64,000 bases of DNA. It comes from Eledone cirrhosa. Lineage: Eukaryota. The DNA lies in NCBI GenBank assembly GCA_964016885.1, contig OZ024742.1, positions 321,842,001 through 321,906,000 of the forward strand. Reading direction: 5' to 3'. Positions 57,835-64,000 of this stretch are shown piece after piece. Under the pieces are notes generated by a model, which was not told the DNA's origin, did not search any database, and worked only from the letters and a program-made list of their open reading frames with translations. The position numbers and the translations under genes are program-made. Positions within the stretch are counted from its first letter, which is position 1, and each line of letters begins with the position of its first letter.

Positions 57835-57889
<55 letters not shown>

Positions 57890-57891
<2 letters not shown>

Positions 57892-58006
57892 TTGTAATAA
57901 AATGAAAACGAAATTTCATTTCTCACTCTTAGTACGGCACTTACTTAAATGTAAGTATGTATGTATACGTACATACATATATGTATCCAGACGTACAGTA
58001 GCATGC

Positions 58007-58037
<31 letters not shown>

Positions 58038-58670
58038 CATACAGGTACACATACATATATGTACGTATCAGTTTAGCGGACGCTTATTATAACGCCCGCT
58101 TTGTTCGTTTGTAAACAAACTGAACAGCCTGAATTTATGCCGTACGGTGTTAAGGCAACCACGTCACCTTTTTGTTCAACACTGACACAGGAACGATGTA
58201 CTAGTTTCAAGCTTGTTAGCTATCATCAGCACCGTATACCCTTCTGCCAGATGGTTGAACGTTCGAAAGTATATACTTTCCTTATGAAAATTAACGGCTG
58301 AGCAGCCTAATTTGCATATGAGAAATGAAATTTCGTTTTCATTTTATTACAACTTAACGTTTTCGGTACGCCTGGCCGAACTCACTCGATATGCAAATTA
58401 GGCTGCTCAGCCGTTAATTTTCATAAGGAAAGTATATACTTTCGAACGTTCAACCATCTGGCAGAAGAGTATACGGTGCTGATGATAGCTAACAAGCTTG
58501 AAACTAGTACATCGTTCCTGTGTCAGTGTTGAACAAAAAGGTGACGTGGTTGCCTTAACACCGTACGGCATAAATTCAGGCTGTTCAGTTTGTATACAAA
58601 CGAACAAAGCGGGCGTTATAATAAGCGTCCGCTAAACTGATACGTACATATATGTATGTGTACCTGTATG

Positions 58671-58703
<33 letters not shown>

Positions 58704-58762
58704 GCATGCTACTGTACGTCTGTATACATATATGTATGTACGTATACATATATGTATGTACG
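57890..58762. mobile_element. Large inverted-repeat element with two HHRs (CTAG family)
   Basis: ~370-bp arms; HHR plus at 58473-58515 (ACGGTG CTGATGA TAGCT AACA AGCTT GAAA CTAG TA|CATCGT), minus at 58193-58235. Confidence 0.85.
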
Positions 58763-58779
58763 TATACATACATACTTAC

Positions 58780-58848
<69 letters not shown>

Positions 58849-60348
58849 GAAATATATGGGCATTTCTCTGTTTGACTGTCTGTCTGTCTGTCTGTCTGTC
58901 CTTCCCTAAAACTCAAATGTAGGTGCTACAGAAATATTACCTTCCCCTCCCTTTCTCCACTTTGGTGCTACCAAGAGAAACACTGTCGCTATAGAAACAT
59001 TACCTTCCCCTCTCCACTGACTTTGGTCACTGAGGCCGAGGGAATCGCTGGTTGCTATAGAGACACCTTGCACAAGCCAGAAGTAACCAGTTCGAGGCGG
59101 TTCTGACTTGACACCATGCCAAGTCTACTTATAATATATAATGGGCATTTCTCTGTTTGTTTGTCTGTCTGTCCGTCTGTAAAAAATGCCAAGGAAACAA
59201 ATAGACGCGGTTTCAAATCTCTATGCTTTTCAAATTCATTACATTAATCTTTATTTATACGTTTCGCTTTACGAGTGTTTTGACTTACGAGTGTTTCGGC
59301 TTACGAGTGTTTCGGCTTTTCATTATATATAAACGTTTCTATTTCCATTGTTTTATCGTAAACGCTTATATATTTCCATCGTCGTTATATCATAACGTTT
59401 ATGTATCATAACGTTTATATTTCCGTCACTAATCTCTTTTTCTCCTTTTTCGTTTTAACATATATTTATTTCAAAGATTTCACCGTATAGATAACATATA
59501 TATTTATACATGCATAAAAGACACACCGAGAGACGGTGAACATGTGGTGCCGAAAACATTTCTCATCCAAATCTCAACAATATCAGTATATACACTAGAT
59601 TTGCTAGCAGAAAACCGCTCACCGAGGGAATCGCTGGTTGCTATAGAGACACCTTGCACAAGCCAGAAGTAACCAGTTCGAGGCGGTTCTGACTTGACAC
59701 CATGCGAAGAAGGTTTCCATTGAATTTGTGGTTTGAAGAAGGTTGCCATTGAATTTGTGGTTGTTGCTGCTGATAATAAGGACCATTTGAAGAAGGTTGC
59801 TGCTGATGAGGTAATTTATTAATCAGATTGTGCAGTTCCATAACCTACGTTTGATTTGTTCAATTTTTTTCTTCAATTTTTTTTTGTTATTTTTTTTTAT
59901 TTCTTATTGAAAGAATATAAATAATAAAATAAGGTTAGGAATTTAAATACAATTAAATACGATTTAATTTCCATTTCCAGCAGCCAATGTCCAGTGTTCA
60001 ATTTCATGAAAAAATTGGAAATAATTCAAAAAATTGAAGTTTAACTTTTGAACATTTGTTTTGACAATAAAAAAATATTTCCTTATTCACACCTAATGGT
60101 ATGATTAAAATTTCATAGGAATATTTTTTTCTAACCGCCAGTTATTTATTTTCTCCTTTTTCGTTTTAACATATATTTATTTCAAAGATTTCACCGTATA
60201 GACAACATATATATTTATACATGCATAAAAGACACACCGAGAGACGGTGAACATGTGGTGCCGAAAACATTTCTCATCCAAATCTCAACAATATCAGTAT
60301 ATACACTAGATTTGCTAGCAGAAAACCGCCCACCGGGTGGTTTTCTGC

Positions 60349-60572
60349 TATCTATATATATAAAACTGAGGATGTCTGTCTGTGTGTGTGTGAGTTTGAA
60401 TCCCTAAAACTCGAGAAACACCAAACCGACTGTTTTCAAACTTTACACATGTAATACTTATGTTTCAGGGAATGTTCTGAGCAAAAAGAATTTCAAATTT
60501 TCAATGCCCTAGGGACCGCATTAGGCGATTTAGCGATCTCTCTCTATAATTCTTAGTCTTTCGGAGGTTTGT

Positions 60573-60653
<81 letters not shown>

Positions 60654-61233
60654 AGTGAGTTTGAATCCCTAAAACTCGAGAAATACCCAACCGACTTTTT
60701 TCATACTTTACATGTGTATTACTTGTGTCTCAGGGAGTGTTGTGCACATAAAATTCCACTTTTTGTATCCCTAGGGCCCGCATTAGGTGAAAAACTGCGT
60801 TTTTTTCAGATTTTTAAGGGTTTTTCGAGGCGTTACGTCAGACCGATTTCCTTGAATTTGTAACTATGTATTAGTCAGTCTCTTCTTCATACCGTGAGCA
60901 AAGAAAATCCAACTTTTGTAAGGCCTAGGGCCCGCATTAGGTGAAAAACTCCATTTTTTCCAGCTTTTTAAGGCATTTTTGAGGCGTTAAGTCTAGCCGA
61001 TTTTCCCGAAATTTCAAGGCATGTTATGCACATCTCCTAGGGCCTGCATTGGGTGAAAACCTGCATTTTTCCTGCTTCATCGAGTAAAATCTTAAAGATT
61101 ATCCAGCCATCAGAGTATTCGGTTTATTTTCTTTACTTATTGTCCAGGCATGCAGTTTTTCCACGATTAGGTCTGTTGGCGGCCCGCGTTCCAAAATATC
61201 TTATCCTGTGCAACGCCGGGTACCACTGCTAGT
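60349..61233 (+). mobile_element. Non-autonomous Helitron-like element
   Basis: Start tctatatatataaaactgag; end caacgccgggtaccactgctag|t; internal ctagggcccgcattagg subrepeats. Confidence 0.6.
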
Positions 61234-61833
61234 CTATATATCTAAAACAGAGAATGTCTGTCTGACTCCCTAAAACCCGAGAACCACCCAACCGATTTTT
61301 TTCAAACTTTACACATGTAATACTTATGGTCGTATGAGTGTTTTGAGTAAAGAATATTTCAAATTTTCAATGCCCTAGGGACCGTATTAGGCGCCGAACT
61401 TCGCGCCCTTATAATATCTATCTATATGTCTGGCTGTCTGCATTACGACATTATGACGCTATCTGTGTGTGTGTATATATATGTATATATAGTGTGTGTG
61501 TATATATAGTGTGTAACGTTTTTCGAAATATTTACTTCTGCGTTCACAGATTGATTTTTTTAGTTTCAGAATATACACACACACACTCACAGAGATAGTG
61601 TCATAATGTCGTAATGCAGACAGTCAGACATACAGACATATATTATAGGGGCACGACATTATAGCTATCTAATGCGGTCCCTAGGGCATTGAAAATTTGA
61701 AATATCTGTTGCTCAAAACACTCACACGACCATAAGTATTACATGTGTAAAGTTTGAAAAAAATCGGTTGGGTGGTTCTCGAGTTTTAGGGAGTCAGTCA
61801 GACAGACAGACATTCTCTGTTTTAGATATATAG
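61234..61833. mobile_element. Inverted duplication of a Helitron-like 5' end
   Basis: tctatatatctaaaacagagaatgtctg... at the left, its reverse complement ending ~61833; arms ~240 bp. Confidence 0.7.
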
Positions 61834-62578
61834 ATATAATTATATATTCGTGTACAGATATTTTTGCATACACAATAACAAAATATAACAAAATATAAAC
61901 AAACGTATTTATTTCACGAGGCTCGATAAGGATAAATATATATCAAATATATAAGAATCCTAGAGCAAATATTGTTCTCATTGCTGACGAGGCAGAAGGG
62001 GATATACACTATTGGTTGAAGGAAAGACGAGACTGTGTTAGTAGTACGACCAACGGCTGCTATCACACCAACAGCAGCAAAAGCAACAACAACAAAAAAG
62101 AGAGGGAACGCAATTACATGTTTTTGAAAAATCTTAATGGAAAATTATTTGCCTATTCACCCAAGGCGACTTCACTTTTTATTAGGACTTCTGCATTGGT
62201 GAACATACGACGAAACTGTTTCAGAAAGGAGGGCTAAACATGCCAATCTATGTTTAGAATCCCGAGCAACGCCGGGCCATTCTGCTAGTTATATATAAAT
62301 TAATGATTTTATTTATTGTATATTATTTACAATTTGTGTTGTAGACAGGTCTCTCGGGAAATAGGGGTGAGGCGCTGAGGGTATTATGTGGCCCTGAGGG
62401 GGTGGCGGTGGCCCCAAAAGTTTGAGTAAATCTGATCTACATCAAGAACACAATAGCCGCCCGATCCACGAAACTCTCGATCATACGATCACGTGCCCAA
62501 CATCGCTAACAACTAAACCACACGCCTTCACCATTACAAAAGATGACTTATGTAATAAATAACAACTCTTAAGTTTTT

Positions 62579-62663
<85 letters not shown>

Positions 62664-63514
62664 TGTGTCTGTGTCTGTGTTTGTGTGTCTGTGTGTCTGT
62701 GTATGTGTGTGTGTGATCACGCGCTTGTGTGTGTGTATGTGTGCATGCGTCTACTTATATAATAAAATCATAATTTTTTATAAAACATTTTATTACAAAA
62801 CAAGATACCATTGTACAACGCACAAGAAGCCTGTTTCATATTCTCGTTTTCTTTTACATAAAGAAAGAAATCATTCTTATCATTATTATTGACTTCTGTC
62901 TGTGTACTACGTCACTGTGTTATTAATATTATCGCTGCGTAATTTCAAATGAATTGTTGTTCACCCTGCTCTGCCCAAGCTGAGATGTTTCTTGTGTCTA
63001 TTGTTTAATATAAGGCGTCTATAGACAGTTGTTAGAACGTTAGACACAATACCCTGCGATATTCGTTCCAGCTCACTGCGCTCTGAGTTAAACTTTGTCT
63101 TTTTATCTTTTCAAGGTCGATATATAATGTCGCAGTCAAGTTTCTGGAATCGCTTTTTTCTCCCTATCTCTCTCACAAGTCAATTTTTTCAAGTTTTACT
63201 TAAAGAGAAAACTGAAGATGGAAATGGAAGTGGTATCTTCTAACTAGTTTGTTGAAAGATAGGTAAGAGTGGACCGATTGAACGAGGCTGCACGGAGTAT
63301 CAGACCTGCCAACCTCTAAACACCCAAACGAGGAGTACCATGAAAAAAGTGCCTCAAAACAGGGAGAAATGAGGCAAAAATGGGGAGATTTTACATAATG
63401 AAAGCTATACCTATTTTCATAAATAAAATGTCACAAGAACCGTCGGGAATCAAACTCAGACTTTACGATCGTGAGGTGAAAATCTCAACTACTATGTCAC
63501 GCGCCTTCAAAACT

Positions 63515-63700
63515 AGCAATAGTAGTAGTAGTAGCAGTAGTAGTAGTAGTAGTGGTGGTGGTGGTGGTGGTGGTGGTGGTGGCGGTGGTGGTGGTGGTGG
63601 TGGTGGTGGTGGTGGTGGTGGTGGTGGTGGTGGTGGTGGTAGAGATGCAGGTAGTGGTGGTGGTGGTGGTGGTGGTAGTAGTAATAGTATCAGCAACAAC

Positions 63701-63739
<39 letters not shown>

Positions 63740-63746
63740 TGTTGTT

Positions 63747-63783
<37 letters not shown>

Positions 63784-63800
63784 CAATGATGGTGGTGGTA
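63515..63800. repeat. (TAG)n/(TGG)n microsatellite
   Basis: Direct reading. Confidence 0.95.
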
Positions 63801-64000
63801 GCAACTCCATTTGTCTTATTTCCATCATTATTAGTATTATGTTAACAAGGTCTATATTTTCTTTATAATTTATGATTTCTCTGTATAACAATATTGCGTC
63901 TTTATTTGCAGAAAACAACTGGTGGAACTCATAAATCTAAATCACGTTTATTTGAAAACATAGCTTTGTTTATTACTCATATTATATCTAGCCTTGTATG

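Larger units (their letters stand above)
56211..62434. mobile_element. hAT/Charlie-like non-autonomous DNA element expanded by nested insertions
   Basis: Left end cattggttctcaaagt, right end aaaagtttgagtaaatctg; 8-bp TSD atctagat/atctacat; the flanks rejoin into one SINE family 2 sequence. Confidence 0.6.

Overview
This is repeat-saturated eukaryotic (metazoan) DNA. The SINE families and microsatellite style suggest an octopod cephalopod, which is inference only. No host protein-coding gene is recognisable, and most listed ORFs are microsatellite artefacts. Real content: (1) a near-complete Penelope-like retroelement (PLE, Neptune-type RT + Cys linker + GIY-YIG) at 36572-41813, with ~300-bp direct terminal repeats, an upstream ORF and an in-frame U_UUU_UUA -1 slippery site joining it to the RT ORF; (2) a tandem array of ~8 near-identical 310-bp units at 27601-30075, split into two oppositely oriented blocks, each unit with a type I hammerhead ribozyme (HHR), i.e. 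retrozyme-like; (3) roughly 15 other short elements inserted in (TA)n tracts, most with their own HHR-like motif with a palindromic stem/loop III and many arranged as fold-back inverted repeats; two carry a compensatory U3-A8 core; (4) a decayed Naiad/Chlamys-like PLE RT, many tRNA-derived SINEs, Helitron-like non-autonomous elements, a hAT-like element that splits a SINE and holds ~6 kb of nested inserts, a C2H2 zinc-finger fragment, and large micro/minisatellites. All ribozyme calls are by-eye motif and pairing matches; no activity is demonstrated.
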